From Oligoflexia bacterium (lineage in GTDB: Bacteria; Bdellovibrionota; UBA1018), in the NCBI GenBank assembly GCA_963758495.1, contig CAVWVI010000001.1, positions 224,001 to 288,000 of the forward strand: a stretch of DNA of 64,000 nt. Reading direction: 5' to 3'. This document shows, in pieces, positions 12,014-22,096 of the stretch. The translations under genes were made by a program, and so were the position numbers. The notes under the pieces were generated by a model that was not told the DNA's origin, did no database searches, and saw nothing but the letters and a program-made list of their open reading frames with translations. Each line of letters starts with the position of its first letter. Within the stretch, counting starts at the first letter, position 1.

Positions 12014-13351
12014 ATGTTCATAAAGAAAAAAAAAGTTCATTTAAATTACATTAATAATATATTTTATTTATTTAATGTATTCACACTCCTCACTTCATTT
12101 TGTTTCAACTCAATAGTGACCCCAACCTATGCCTTGGCGAACACTGATCCCTGTGCAGGGGTAAACACGAACACCACTAACCTGAACCCAGATAGTCAGT
12201 TAGCCCAAAAAGGTCAGTATTGCCAAGCCGCTCAATCTTACGATTCAGCTTCAAAAACAGATAAAATTTTAATGGCAACCTGGGCAGGGGTAGCTGGAAT
12301 CTGCCTCATTCAGTGTGCTAACAAAGCGGCAGTGTTATCCGCTTATCAAGTATGTACGGTTGCACAAGCAGGAGCAGGCATTACCGAAGGAATACTCACT
12401 AAAGATTTGGCCAACACGTTTCAATCCCTCTCGGGTGTTGGAATGACATTATTGATGGGTAATCAGAATTCCGCTGGTGCCAAAACTGCTGGAGAAGACG
12501 CAGGAAAAACAGCGACAAAGTCAGCGGACATTATGGCTTGCATGGATGCCGCGATGGCTGCAGTCCAAGTCTATACAGAACATAGTGCCATGGTCAGTGA
12601 CTCAAATCTGGCAGCCCAAAATCGAACGTATGCAACTCAAATTCAAAATTCTTCGGCTAACTCGAATCTCACAGCGAGTCTGAGTGGCGCAGCGGCAACG
12701 GCCACCACCCTTCAAAATACTCTTCCCATAAGCACCACCGGAGGTGGAGGCGCTGGAGCTACGGCGAGTTCGGGCAGTGCTGCGGCAACTGCCTGTTCAG
12801 GCGCATCCTCTTCGAGTGGTAATACCAGTCTCCTTGAATGCGCCGTAGCCAGTGATTCAAACCTTCCAGGCGGGGTGAATTCTTCAAATTTTGCAAATGA
12901 TTTAAAAAATAACGGTATAAACTTGGGAGATTTAATGAATAAATCCCCCGAACAAGCATTAGCAACTGCGGCGATGGAGGGTGGTTTTAATCCTGAACAA
13001 TCCACCGAAATTATGGCTGCCCTAGATACCTTGGATCAAGGCATGATGGCAAGTGATGATACCCCCATGGATACTGCTGGCGGATACACCGCAAGTGGTG
13101 GGGGTGGCGCTAAAAAAGGCAACGAAGGAGATCCCGCCATGAATGCTCTTTTAGATAGCATGATGCAAAAGTTTGGCATGAAAAAGGGACAAAAACTAGA
13201 AGAGCACTTAGACGGTATGGGCACTGTGATCTATGCCAATAAAACACGATCACCCGCTTCTATTGTTGAAGATAAAACGATCAGCATCTTTGATCGAGTC
13301 TCATTCCGATATTACTTTTTTGGTGAAAAATTGGCAAAAATGGGAAATTAA
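12014..13351 (+). CDS. Exported Ala/Gly/Cys-rich hypothetical protein
   Basis: Signal peptide ending ALA, hydrophobic segments with Cys pairs, C-terminal SIFDRVSFRY motif. Confidence 0.8.
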   Translation: MFIKKKKVHLNYINNIFYLFNVFTLLTSFCFNSIVTPTYALANTDPCAGVNTNTTNLNPDSQLAQKGQYCQAAQSYDSASKTDKILMATWAGVAGICLIQCANKAAVLSAYQVCTVAQAGAGITEGILTKDLANTFQSLSGVGMTLLMGNQNSAGAKTAGEDAGKTATKSADIMACMDAAMAAVQVYTEHSAMVSDSNLAAQNRTYATQIQNSSANSNLTASLSGAAATATTLQNTLPISTTGGGGAGATASSGSAAATACSGASSSSGNTSLLECAVASDSNLPGGVNSSNFANDLKNNGINLGDLMNKSPEQALATAAMEGGFNPEQSTEIMAALDTLDQGMMASDDTPMDTAGGYTASGGGGAKKGNEGDPAMNALLDSMMQKFGMKKGQKLEEHLDGMGTVIYANKTRSPASIVEDKTISIFDRVSFRYYFFGEKLAKMGN

Positions 13352-13376
13352 GGATAAAAAAACCTAGATTTAAATT

Positions 13377-15089
13377 TCATGGGTTTTTATTTTTATCATT
13401 TGATAACCCATTTAAAGCTCGATTAAGTGGAGTTACCCATTCGAGTTTTACAACTTTATCTTGAGACTGATTAATTTTTGAAGAAACAATCTGAAAAATG
13501 GAATTTTTAGAGTCTGAATGCCATATATCCAACGACGAAGCAGTGGTTGCAGCAGGCTTTCTTTCAGAAAACACCACTTCTTTTCCGGAAGCGGCGGCTG
13601 CAGGCTTTTCCTTATCAGCAAATAATTTACTCAAGGGATTATCTTTTTTCCCGGTGTCTTTAGCTGCTCCGCCCCCAGAGTAACCCCCTGTGCTGTCTCC
13701 AGAGTAAGAAATCCCCCCCCCCAGAGCGGCGGCGTCGATGTTTTTTAAACTCGCTGCTGCGTCTCCGGTGAGTCCCAGAGCAGCACTAATTGCAGCACCA
13801 GGTGGCATGGAGGATAAATTACTAGCTAAAGCGTCCATACTGGTTCCCATACCCTTCAGGGCATTTGGGAAACTGCCATCATTAGGGATGGCACTAAAAA
13901 CCTTACCCAGCGGCCCTGCAGTCGCTGCTGCTAGTTGTCCTGAGGGGAAAGCTGTGTCATTACCTGCCACTGCGTCCGCAGCACTCTTATTATCGCCCAC
14001 ATTGACTGCATTTTGAGTCATTGTAGTGGCCGCAGGGCCTCCTGCAGAGTCCCCATTGATATAAGATCCAGATTGAGATGCTATTGCAGCACTGGCGTAG
14101 GATTGTATGGTGGTACATTCTTGGGCGACGCTCTGGTCTATCTTTGTTTTGTTTTCGTATTTTAGGGCGGCGACTGTGACGATGAAAGCTGCGTTGGCGC
14201 ACGCAAGTACCTTTCCCGCAACTGTATTTTTCAAACCCGCTGCAGCTTTTTCTCCTGCTTGTTTTGCCGCCAAACTTGCTCCTTCTGAAGCCTGTTCTGC
14301 AGCATTTGCGGCCTCTGCGAGATCAGCAGCTTGTTTTGTCGCTACTTTTGCCGCTGATTTTGCTCCTTCTGAAGCCGATTCTGAGGCAGCATCTACGCCG
14401 GCATCACTCGCTTTTTCTGCCGCTGCTTTTGCCGCTGATTTTGCTGCTACTGAAGCCTGTTTTGCGGCATCTGCGGCACCTGCGGCATCACTCGCTTGTT
14501 GTGCCAATGCTTTGGCTGCAGCACTAGATGCCCTTCCAGCCCACGCTGCGCCGGCCCCCATGGCCGCACCCCCTGCCGCCCCCACCGGTGCCATCACTAC
14601 ACTCGCTTTGGCAAGTGAGTTATTATCCCAGAATTGGCTGAAGTTATCACCACTGATCTTAATATCGGCTGCAATTTCAACCGCTATTGATGCCAGGGCT
14701 GATCCCATACAGGCTGCTCCAGCGGCCGTTTGTCCTGCGCCTGTCACATCAGCCATTTCTGCAACGCAAAGTCCGGTACAAACCGCAGCAGAAGCTCCGA
14801 AAGCATAAATCGTATTCATTTGTTGATTGCTAGCGCTTTTGAGTTCGCTCCATGCGGAAACATGGGGTCCAACGGCCTGCCAGTCAGAAACAATTTGACA
14901 GCCTGATGTTCCAGCGGGAGCATTCTGGCATTTACTCAAGCTAGCCGCAATCTGATCGCAGGTCATGGTTGACGCGGGTAAGGTGGCCGGATCTGAGTAA
15001 CTTGAATAAGAAAAAATACTTATTGGGAAAATCAATAATAATACTTGAAAAATGACCTGAAGGTAGAAGTTGAGAAATCTATATATCAT
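13377..15089 (-). CDS. Exported Ala-rich hypothetical protein, paralog of 12014..13351
   Basis: Signal peptide, AAVCTGLC hydrophobic segment, AAK-rich helical insert, C-terminal SIFQIVSSKI motif. Confidence 0.8.
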   Translation of the reverse strand: MIYRFLNFYLQVIFQVLLLIFPISIFSYSSYSDPATLPASTMTCDQIAASLSKCQNAPAGTSGCQIVSDWQAVGPHVSAWSELKSASNQQMNTIYAFGASAAVCTGLCVAEMADVTGAGQTAAGAACMGSALASIAVEIAADIKISGDNFSQFWDNNSLAKASVVMAPVGAAGGAAMGAGAAWAGRASSAAAKALAQQASDAAGAADAAKQASVAAKSAAKAAAEKASDAGVDAASESASEGAKSAAKVATKQAADLAEAANAAEQASEGASLAAKQAGEKAAAGLKNTVAGKVLACANAAFIVTVAALKYENKTKIDQSVAQECTTIQSYASAAIASQSGSYINGDSAGGPAATTMTQNAVNVGDNKSAADAVAGNDTAFPSGQLAAATAGPLGKVFSAIPNDGSFPNALKGMGTSMDALASNLSSMPPGAAISAALGLTGDAAASLKNIDAAALGGGISYSGDSTGGYSGGGAAKDTGKKDNPLSKLFADKEKPAAAASGKEVVFSERKPAATTASSLDIWHSDSKNSIFQIVSSKINQSQDKVVKLEWVTPLNRALNGLSNDKNKNP

Positions 15090-15285
15090 GCTACTTCTTC
15101 GGAAGAAATCTTGATTTAATTGAGTAATTTCTGCGCTTCGTGCGAGGTTCTGCGTTATGTCAGGTTTACAATATGAGACGATTTTATAAAATACTTGCCC
15201 AGTCAGTAAAAATAGGGTTCAAGAGGCTTGCTTTAGCTATCTAAGAGCGGTAACACTACCCGTACAACCGGTCTATTTGAAAAAT

Positions 15286-15361
15286 GGGGCATTAGCTCAG
15301 TTGGTAGAGTACTTCCATGGCATGGAAGGGGTCAACGGTTCGAATCCGTTATGCTCCACCA
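15286..15361 (+). tRNA. tRNA-Ala (anticodon GGC)
   Basis: 76 nt; acceptor GGGGCAT/ATGCTCC with G3:U70; anticodon arm CTTCC-ATGGCAT-GGAAG; GTTCGAATC T-loop; encoded CCA. Confidence 0.97.
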
Positions 15362-15446
15362 TTTTTCAAGTGCCTAAAATCATTTAGAAAACCATGTAAT
15401 AAAATCGCCTTTTAAGGAACTGCTTACAATAGACAAAAAGCTGAAC

Positions 15447-16712
15447 ATGGGTACTATGCGACTATTCAATGAGAGCCATGAAGAACTTAAAGTTTTGAAA
15501 GATACCCCTCGATTTTTAAAACGGCTAAAATGGGATGGTTTTTGGGGTTTAATTTTATTACCTCTCCTTTTTCAAATTTTTCAAAGCATGGATGTGAATG
15601 CGGCTCCTCATCCGGATGAGCCAGTTCAAGGAGAGGGGGACACGGCAGAGTCTATTCTTTGGGCAGCCAAAAACCAGAGAGTTTCTTTAGCCAAAAAGTT
15701 GCTCGATCATGGTTTAGATCCGAATTATGCTGGCGAAAACGGCGAGACTCCTCTGATGTGGGCTTCAATCCATGGTAACGTGGAGCTACTTAACGATCTA
15801 TTGAAGCATGGAGCAAATTTAGATCAAGAATATTCAAATGGATTCAGAGCCCTCGCATACGCTACATTTAACGAACACCTTGAAGCAGTGAAGGCACTTC
15901 TGAACGCGGGGGCAAAGGTAAATGCGGCAGATGACGAGGGAATGACCGCACTTCATATTGCAGCGGGTGTGGGTTCCGTTCCCATCACTCAAGCCTTGTT
16001 GGAAAAAGGAGCCGACCCTATGCAAACTAATACGCTAGGACGGACCCCCTATTATTATTCAAATATAAATTACTGTAAGAAACTAAAAGTCCTTTTTCAA
16101 CCACTCCCGAATCTCCCGGACGTAGAGAGATTTCGAAATCCAGAGCTGCTGGAAGAGCTGGACCAATCCGATCATGAGACTTATCACCAGCATCCGAACA
16201 AGGTGGCGGAGCTCTTGTTTAAATATGGAGCTACTCGAGTCGCTGAAACAGGAACTTTAAAGAAAAAGACATTCATTGATTCACCTTGTCTCGACATCAC
16301 GAAAGCAACAATCAACAGTTCAGACCAGCTGAAATCATTGTCAGAATTTATTAGTAAGATTTCTTCTGGTGAACTTTCCGATTTAGCGACGACTCCTTTG
16401 ATGGCCGCTTCATATATGGGTAAATTACAGTTCGTTAAGGATCTCTTGCATCACCATGGGGTAAACTTAGATCAGGAAAATTCAACTGGTTCCAGAGCCC
16501 TCTCATTTGCCGCACTCAATGGACACATTGAAATCGTACAGGAGCTTTTAAATGCGGGCGCGGATATGAATCATATCAATAAAATAGAGAAATCTGCTTT
16601 ATACTACGCTTTGCTCAAAAATACGGATGATCATGAGACACTCAATAGAAAAGAGGCAGTAGCACATCTCCTTTTGGATTTGGGTGCCGAGCACCCTTCA
16701 AATTCTCACTGA
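15447..16712 (+). CDS. Ankyrin repeat protein with N-terminal hydrophobic/signal segment
   Basis: Multiple GxTPLMWA/TALHIAA...LLxxGAD repeats in two blocks. Confidence 0.92.
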   Translation: MGTMRLFNESHEELKVLKDTPRFLKRLKWDGFWGLILLPLLFQIFQSMDVNAAPHPDEPVQGEGDTAESILWAAKNQRVSLAKKLLDHGLDPNYAGENGETPLMWASIHGNVELLNDLLKHGANLDQEYSNGFRALAYATFNEHLEAVKALLNAGAKVNAADDEGMTALHIAAGVGSVPITQALLEKGADPMQTNTLGRTPYYYSNINYCKKLKVLFQPLPNLPDVERFRNPELLEELDQSDHETYHQHPNKVAELLFKYGATRVAETGTLKKKTFIDSPCLDITKATINSSDQLKSLSEFISKISSGELSDLATTPLMAASYMGKLQFVKDLLHHHGVNLDQENSTGSRALSFAALNGHIEIVQELLNAGADMNHINKIEKSALYYALLKNTDDHETLNRKEAVAHLLLDLGAEHPSNSH

Positions 16713-17152
16713 TATGAGGCCCCATCCAAAACTCCCTTCTCGTATGGGGGTAACTCTTCGAATGAAGGTAGCTCAAAGCTCATATTTTGAGAAACATTTT
16801 GAACATCACCCATGAATTTCTCAAGTAAGTTAAATTGAGAAACGGGAGATTTCGCAGCATAGCATTGCCAATTCGTTTTTTTGGCTTCTACAGTGAAATC
16901 GCGGTGATATTTTTTCTCATGTCTTTTCAGATGGGTATACATAGGGAAGACTTTTGTACATCCAGGAGCTAGGCATTTAAAAAAACCCTTTCTATTTGAA
17001 CTTTTTATGAATTCTCTTTTACTCTGATGCTCTGAAGAAATAACAGGATTTTCATTGTTATCTACCGCAAGAACTTCACTCGTTTCTGCTCGCGCATTTA
17101 GACCCGAGAAAACTACAAGACCAGCCAATAAAACATAATTTATTTTATTCAT
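16706..17152 (-). CDS. Secreted protein with one classical C2H2 zinc finger
   Basis: Signal peptide ending ARA; FKC-LAPG-C-TKV-F-PMYTH-L-KR-H-EKKY-H. Confidence 0.75.
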   Translation of the reverse strand: MNKINYVLLAGLVVFSGLNARAETSEVLAVDNNENPVISSEHQSKREFIKSSNRKGFFKCLAPGCTKVFPMYTHLKRHEKKYHRDFTVEAKKTNWQCYAAKSPVSQFNLLEKFMGDVQNVSQNMSFELPSFEELPPYEKGVLDGASYQ

Positions 17153-17167
17153 ACTTACTATACAATA

Positions 17168-17184
17168 AGCAACTTCGATGCCTA
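17168..17184 (-). promoter_or_regulatory. Putative sigma54 -24/-12 promoter
   Basis: Minus strand TAGGCATCGAAGTTGCT (GG-N10-GC) just upstream of the C2H2 gene. Confidence 0.55.
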
Positions 17185-17351
17185 ATATTTATCTAAAAAT
17201 AACGAATACATAAAGAAATAAGAGACAGATCAGATCTCAATATAATCTCTACAGATGGCAAACTGCTTGACAGGTTATAAATTTATTTAATTTAATAACT
17301 AACTATAACATAGAATTTGCACTTCCAATCCTCCTACCAGGAGGACATCCC

Positions 17352-17888
17352 ATGACCCAGCACATAAGAAGATCATTTATTTTTAATTTAAAAATGCGTT
17401 CCAACCGGGTGGCTCGATTTCAAACTCAACTCGCAATTGCTACCTTAGTCGCTTGCTTTTCCAGTCTATCTGTTCATTCTGAAAATAATAATACTCAGAA
17501 TTCGAGTCAACCCCAGGTGCAAATGATTCAAAATATCTTAAATCATCCAAACCATTTCTTAGGAAAGAAAATTACCTTAAATGGAAAGGTAGAACGAGTT
17601 CTGGACCCTAGAACCTTTGTAATGAGTGCAAACGAAGACTCAAGTCGGCGGATTCTTGTCGTAACAGCAACTCCCCGTATTTACCGCGCTGATCAACAAC
17701 CAGGATTACTAGGGCCTCCCTTGCAAGATGATGAGAAAGTACAAGTCACGGGTAATTTACAAATGCTGATGGTAAGCACTGTAGCAGATACATTGGGTCC
17801 TAAAAAAGGCCAGGAACCACTCGAACAAATCACAACTCGGACTCCAGTGGTTGTCATTCAATCAGGCACACTTCATATACAAGAATAA
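17352..17888 (+). CDS. Hypothetical exported protein (possible OB-fold)
   Basis: AGGAGG RBS; ILNHPNHFLGKKITLNGKVERV pattern. Confidence 0.6.
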   Translation: MTQHIRRSFIFNLKMRSNRVARFQTQLAIATLVACFSSLSVHSENNNTQNSSQPQVQMIQNILNHPNHFLGKKITLNGKVERVLDPRTFVMSANEDSSRRILVVTATPRIYRADQQPGLLGPPLQDDEKVQVTGNLQMLMVSTVADTLGPKKGQEPLEQITTRTPVVVIQSGTLHIQE

Positions 17889-17920
17889 TATGTGTATTTT
17901 CAAATAGTTATATAATAAGT

Positions 17921-17956
17921 TGTAAACAATTGTAAAGATTTGTAAATCACTGTAAA
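17921..17956 (+). promoter_or_regulatory. Four TGTAAA direct repeats with exact 10-bp period
   Basis: TGTAAA at 17921, 17931, 17941 and 17951. Confidence 0.55.
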
Positions 17957-17991
17957 GTAGATCATCCCTGACTTTCATTTCGGACTCGAAG

Positions 17992-18363
17992 GTGAATGAA
18001 CTTCAACCACTTGCTGGAGTTTATGACTTGAGGCGAATCCAAGGCATCGATGCCTACGGAGTCATGACATTACTTTGCTCCATCAAGGCACACCTCAAGG
18101 AGTCAAACAAAAATAGCGTATATCTTCTTGTAGATGACACGCCATTTTGCAGCTATTTGGATTCCATAGGCTTTTTCACAGAAGTAGAGCGAGCACATGC
18201 CGGGCGCGTTTCATGGGATACCTCTGCGATAAAAAAAGTAAATATGACTCGGTTTGCCGTTATTCTTCCGTTGCACCTCGTCGGGTGTAGAGGAGCTGAA
18301 AAGAAGCTTCTGGACGACCTATACGACCCTCTCCTGAGGCAAGGGTTTTTGGAGACCTCATGA
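17992..18363 (+). pseudogene. Probable truncated STAS-like/ATP-binding protein fragment
   Basis: DLRRIQGIDAYG...YLDSIGFF resembles the N-terminal part of proteins usually found before DUF4325 genes; no HATPase motifs follow. Confidence 0.45.
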
Positions 18364-18638
18364 AAGAAGTATTAATGAATAGATTTGGTAGAACTCTTAC
18401 AGACCGTGAATACGGGAAGAGCGTTGCAAATACTCTGGTGCAAGAAAATGAATTTCCGTTAACGCTTGATTTCAGAGGAGTCATGTCACTGGGGTCGTCC
18501 TGTGGAGATGAGATTCTAAGTGCTCTCACACCAAAACAAAACTCCACCGTTCAAATAATAAACGCTAATCAAGCCATAAAGTCGTGTCTTCAGAAAGTGG
18601 CTGAAGATTTGAAAGTTACAATCAAGTTTTTAGGTTAA
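18360..18638 (+). CDS. STAS-like domain protein (DUF4325-like)
   Basis: FGRTLTDREYG...LDFRGVMSLGSSCGDEI; GGAG RBS. Confidence 0.8.
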   Translation: MKEVLMNRFGRTLTDREYGKSVANTLVQENEFPLTLDFRGVMSLGSSCGDEILSALTPKQNSTVQIINANQAIKSCLQKVAEDLKVTIKFLG

Positions 18639-18662
18639 TCCTAAAAAAAATAGAATCAGCCT

Positions 18663-19226
18663 TCAGGCTCGTAACCTAAAGGCCTTCAATTCCGCTACCC
18701 TCTTCCACTCGTTTTTCTCTTCGTCCGTAGAAGGCACATGCTGGACCACAGAAGTAGATTTACCCAATGAATCTACGGCTACCAGATTAAAATATCCACA
18801 CGCCGCATGTTCACTCGTTTTTTGAATTGGATCTTCTGAGAAAAGATCCACCTTGACAGTGACTGAGGTATTTCCAGTGTAAACAATCTGCCCCTTTAGA
18901 TCGACAATGCTTCCCACCTTGACAGGAAGAAAACAATCCACTTGGTCGGCCCCTACCAAAACCACGGATTGATTTGAAAACCGAGTAGCCGTGAGAAAAG
19001 CTGCGCGCACCATGAGCGCCATCATATTTCCGGCAAATAGAGTTCCGTAGTGATTGGTTGCATCAGGAAAAACAATGTCTGTCATCCGAAGGATTTTGGG
19101 ATTTCTACCCTCAGAGTTTTTATCCTTAGAACTTTTATCAGAACTTTTATCGTCGAAACTTTTAGCGAAACTTTTGGTGTCGAGAGAACCTGCCTTTTCC
19201 GCTCTCTCTAATTCAGCGTTACTCAC
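18663..19226 (-). CDS. Acyl-CoA thioesterase (hotdog fold)
   Basis: VFPDATNHYGTLFAG, F..PVKVG, YTGNTSV. Confidence 0.88.
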   Translation of the reverse strand: MSNAELERAEKAGSLDTKSFAKSFDDKSSDKSSKDKNSEGRNPKILRMTDIVFPDATNHYGTLFAGNMMALMVRAAFLTATRFSNQSVVLVGADQVDCFLPVKVGSIVDLKGQIVYTGNTSVTVKVDLFSEDPIQKTSEHAACGYFNLVAVDSLGKSTSVVQHVPSTDEEKNEWKRVAELKAFRLRA

Positions 19227-20389
19227 CTTCGATCACTTAACGGGATGACCTGACGCTGAGCAGGTCCGACATACTCGTTCAGAGGTCTAATAATTCGATT
19301 ATTGGCAGCTTGCTCCATAATATGAGCCGACCAGCCTGTCGTTCGAGCCATCACGAAGATCGGTGTAAAGAAGTCAATATCGAAGCCCATCATGTAATAG
19401 GCTGGCCCAGCAGGAAAATCGAGGTTGGGATAAATTCGCTTCTTCTCTACCATCACTTTTTCAAGCGAATTGTACATCTGCATCCACTTCTGCTCACCCG
19501 TAACATCGGCCATGACTTGTGCATATTTCTTCATGGTGGAAACTCGGGAGTCACCCGACTTGTAAACACGATGTCCGAATCCCATGACTTTCTTCTTTTG
19601 AGCTAAAGCGTTGAGCATCCATTGCTCTGCCTTGTCCGGGTCACCAATTTCGATCATCATGTGCATCACCTGTTCATTGGCTCCACCGTGTAACGGTCCT
19701 TTCAATGCGCCAATCCCCGCAACGGTCGCAGAATAAATGTCGGATTGAGTAGAAGTCACCACTCGTGCTGTGAATGTCGAAGCATTGAAGCTGTGTTCAG
19801 CGTAAAGAACCAACGATGCGTCAAAGGCTTTGACAATCTCTTTCCGTGGCACCTTCCCAAAATACATTTGAAAAAAATTCTCAGAAATAGACAAATGGGC
19901 TTGAGGCGGGATGAAGCTCAATCCACTTTTAAAACGGTGGTGAGCAGCAATCAAGGTCGGGATCTTCGCAAGGAGCTGGATCGCCTTGTCTCTATTGGTT
20001 TCTGGAGAGGAATCCCAAGTGCGAGGATCTTCACAACCCAAAATGGAAACTGCTGTACGAATAGCATCCATAGGATGAGTACTTCGAGGAAGAGATTCGA
20101 TGGCACGAAGAACTGTTTCAGATACCTCACGATAGCCGCGCTCTTTTTTTGAAAAAGCGGCCAGTTCTTGCTGATTTGGAAGCTCTCCATAATAAAGAAG
20201 GTAGGCTACTTCTTCAAATGAACAACTTTCAGCCAAGTCCTGTACTGGATAACCTCGATAGATCAGAGAATTTGTTTCTGGATTCACTTTGGAAATCACA
20301 GAAGTATCTATGACAGCACCTTCTAAACCCTTTTTAACGTTCATTTTCTCTGGTTCTGGAACGTAATCGGGATTGATATAGTTTGTCAC
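19223..20389 (-). CDS. prpC: 2-methylcitrate synthase / citrate synthase
   Basis: KGLEG, YAEHSFNASTF, GPLHGGANE, GFGHRVY, PNLDF; adjacent to prpD and prpB. Confidence 0.9.
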   Translation of the reverse strand: MTNYINPDYVPEPEKMNVKKGLEGAVIDTSVISKVNPETNSLIYRGYPVQDLAESCSFEEVAYLLYYGELPNQQELAAFSKKERGYREVSETVLRAIESLPRSTHPMDAIRTAVSILGCEDPRTWDSSPETNRDKAIQLLAKIPTLIAAHHRFKSGLSFIPPQAHLSISENFFQMYFGKVPRKEIVKAFDASLVLYAEHSFNASTFTARVVTSTQSDIYSATVAGIGALKGPLHGGANEQVMHMMIEIGDPDKAEQWMLNALAQKKKVMGFGHRVYKSGDSRVSTMKKYAQVMADVTGEQKWMQMYNSLEKVMVEKKRIYPNLDFPAGPAYYMMGFDIDFFTPIFVMARTTGWSAHIMEQAANNRIIRPLNEYVGPAQRQVIPLSDRR

Positions 20390-20587
20390 AAAAATTCCTT
20401 TCTCTGAATGATCTACTTGAATGATCCATTTGGATTTTGCCGAAGCTTAATCTGTATTCAACCCGGACGTTAATTCAAGTCAGCCTGAAATGTCAACGAA
20501 CCACTTGACGTATTTAAGAGTTCTCAGCTACGGTCGATTCAATTCTGACCTGCGGCAGAAATTAAAGTGGCATAAGAAAGGAAAACC

Positions 20588-22096
20588 GTGAAGATACATC
20601 AAATTCGGGTACACCCCTCCAAAGAAAAACTAGAACGCAAAGACCAATTCGCATGGAAGCTCGCCGAAATCTCATCGGACTCTGCTCCTATTAAAACCGA
20701 CGTTCTAGACATGGTGATTAATCGAATCATCGACAATGCGTCGGTTGCGATCGCTTCCTTGAACCGCCACCCTGTTGCTTCAGCTCGTGCCATGGCCTTA
20801 GCCCACCCTAGAAGCGGGGGAGCAACCGTTTTTGGAATGCCCAATGATCAGAGATTTGATTGCGAATGGGCAGCTTGGGCGAATGGAACTGCCGTTCGAG
20901 AGTTGGATTTTCACGATACCTTCCTTGCCGCTGATTACTCCCATCCAGGTGACAATATCCCTCCCATCTTGGCAGTTGCGCAACAAATGAACAAATCAGG
21001 TCAGGATCTCCTAAAAGGGATTGTCACGGGCTACGAAGTTCAAGTGAATCTTGTAAAAGGGATTTGCCTTCACGAATTTAAAAAAGATCATATCGCCCAT
21101 CTCTGTCCTGCACAGGCAGCTGGAATTGGAACTTTGCTTGGGCTTCCAACCGAAACGATTTTTCAAGCCATTCAACAGGCCGTTCATGTGTCCTTTACCA
21201 CGCGCCAATCGCGTAAAGGCGAGATTTCATCCTGGAAAGCCTATGCTCCAGCCCACGCTGGGAAGCTTGCGATAGAAGCTGTGGATCGCACTATGCGAGG
21301 CGAAGGTGCACCTTCACCCATCTACGAAGGCGAAGACTCTGTGATCGCCTACATGCTCAGCGGAAAAAACGGCCGATATGAGGTTCCTCTTCCACAAATC
21401 GGCGAAGAAAAACGGGCGATTCTGGAAACTTACACGAAGGAGTATTCCGCGGAGTACCAATCACAGGCGCTCATTGATCTCGCTCGAAAAATGAGATCGA
21501 AAATAACAAACTTTGATGACATCCAAAATATCGTCATTCACACTTCTCATCACACGCATTACGTCATCGGGACAGGTTCCAATGACCCCCAGAAAATGGA
21601 TCCCACTGCTTCTCGAGAAACCTTGGATCACTCGATTATGTATATTTTTGCGGTGGCTCTTGAGGACGGCACTTGGCACCATGTGAACTCCTATGCTCCG
21701 GAACGTGCAAAACGCGAAAGTACAATTCGACTATGGAACAAAATTTCTACTCTTGAAGATCCACAATGGACGAAATGGTATCATGAACAAGATCCGAATA
21801 AAAAACGGTTTGGTGGCCGAGTGGAAATCACCTTTAAAAATGGCGAAAAACAAGTAGATGAATTAGGCGTTGCAGATGCTCACCCTGCTGGAGCAAGACC
21901 GTTCAAACGTGCTGACTACATCCGAAAGTTTGATACCCTTACCAGTGGGATTATTACGAAGAGCGAACGAGATCGATTTATTTCACTTACGGAAAATCTA
22001 TCCGACCTTACATCAGCTCAAGTGCAACAACTCAATATTCAGATTGAAACCGATCGATTGAAAAATCATAAAAGAGACAAGCAAGGAATTTTCTAA
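20588..22096 (+). CDS. prpD: 2-methylcitrate dehydratase (MmgE/PrpD)
   Basis: [31 protein letters not shown]. Confidence 0.93.
   Translation: MKIHQIRVHPSKEKLERKDQFAWKLAEISSDSAPIKTDVLDMVINRIIDNASVAIASLNRHPVASARAMALAHPRSGGATVFGMPNDQRFDCEWAAWANGTAVRELDFHDTFLAADYSHPGDNIPPILAVAQQMNKSGQDLLKGIVTGYEVQVNLVKGICLHEFKKDHIAHLCPAQAAGIGTLLGLPTETIFQAIQQAVHVSFTTRQSRKGEISSWKAYAPAHAGKLAIEAVDRTMRGEGAPSPIYEGEDSVIAYMLSGKNGRYEVPLPQIGEEKRAILETYTKEYSAEYQSQALIDLARKMRSKITNFDDIQNIVIHTSHHTHYVIGTGSNDPQKMDPTASRETLDHSIMYIFAVALEDGTWHHVNSYAPERAKRESTIRLWNKISTLEDPQWTKWYHEQDPNKKRFGGRVEITFKNGEKQVDELGVADAHPAGARPFKRADYIRKFDTLTSGIITKSERDRFISLTENLSDLTSAQVQQLNIQIETDRLKNHKRDKQGIF

Noticed and set aside
14107..14808. 233-aa Ala-rich ORF on the + strand
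   Set aside because: Antisense shadow of the Ala-rich gene 13377..15089; GCN codons keep the opposite frame open.
15096..15123. Sigma28-like promoter (TCAA-N16-TCCGAAGA, minus strand) for 13377..15089
   Set aside because: Weak match and only 6 nt from the annotated ATG; not supportable without TSS data.
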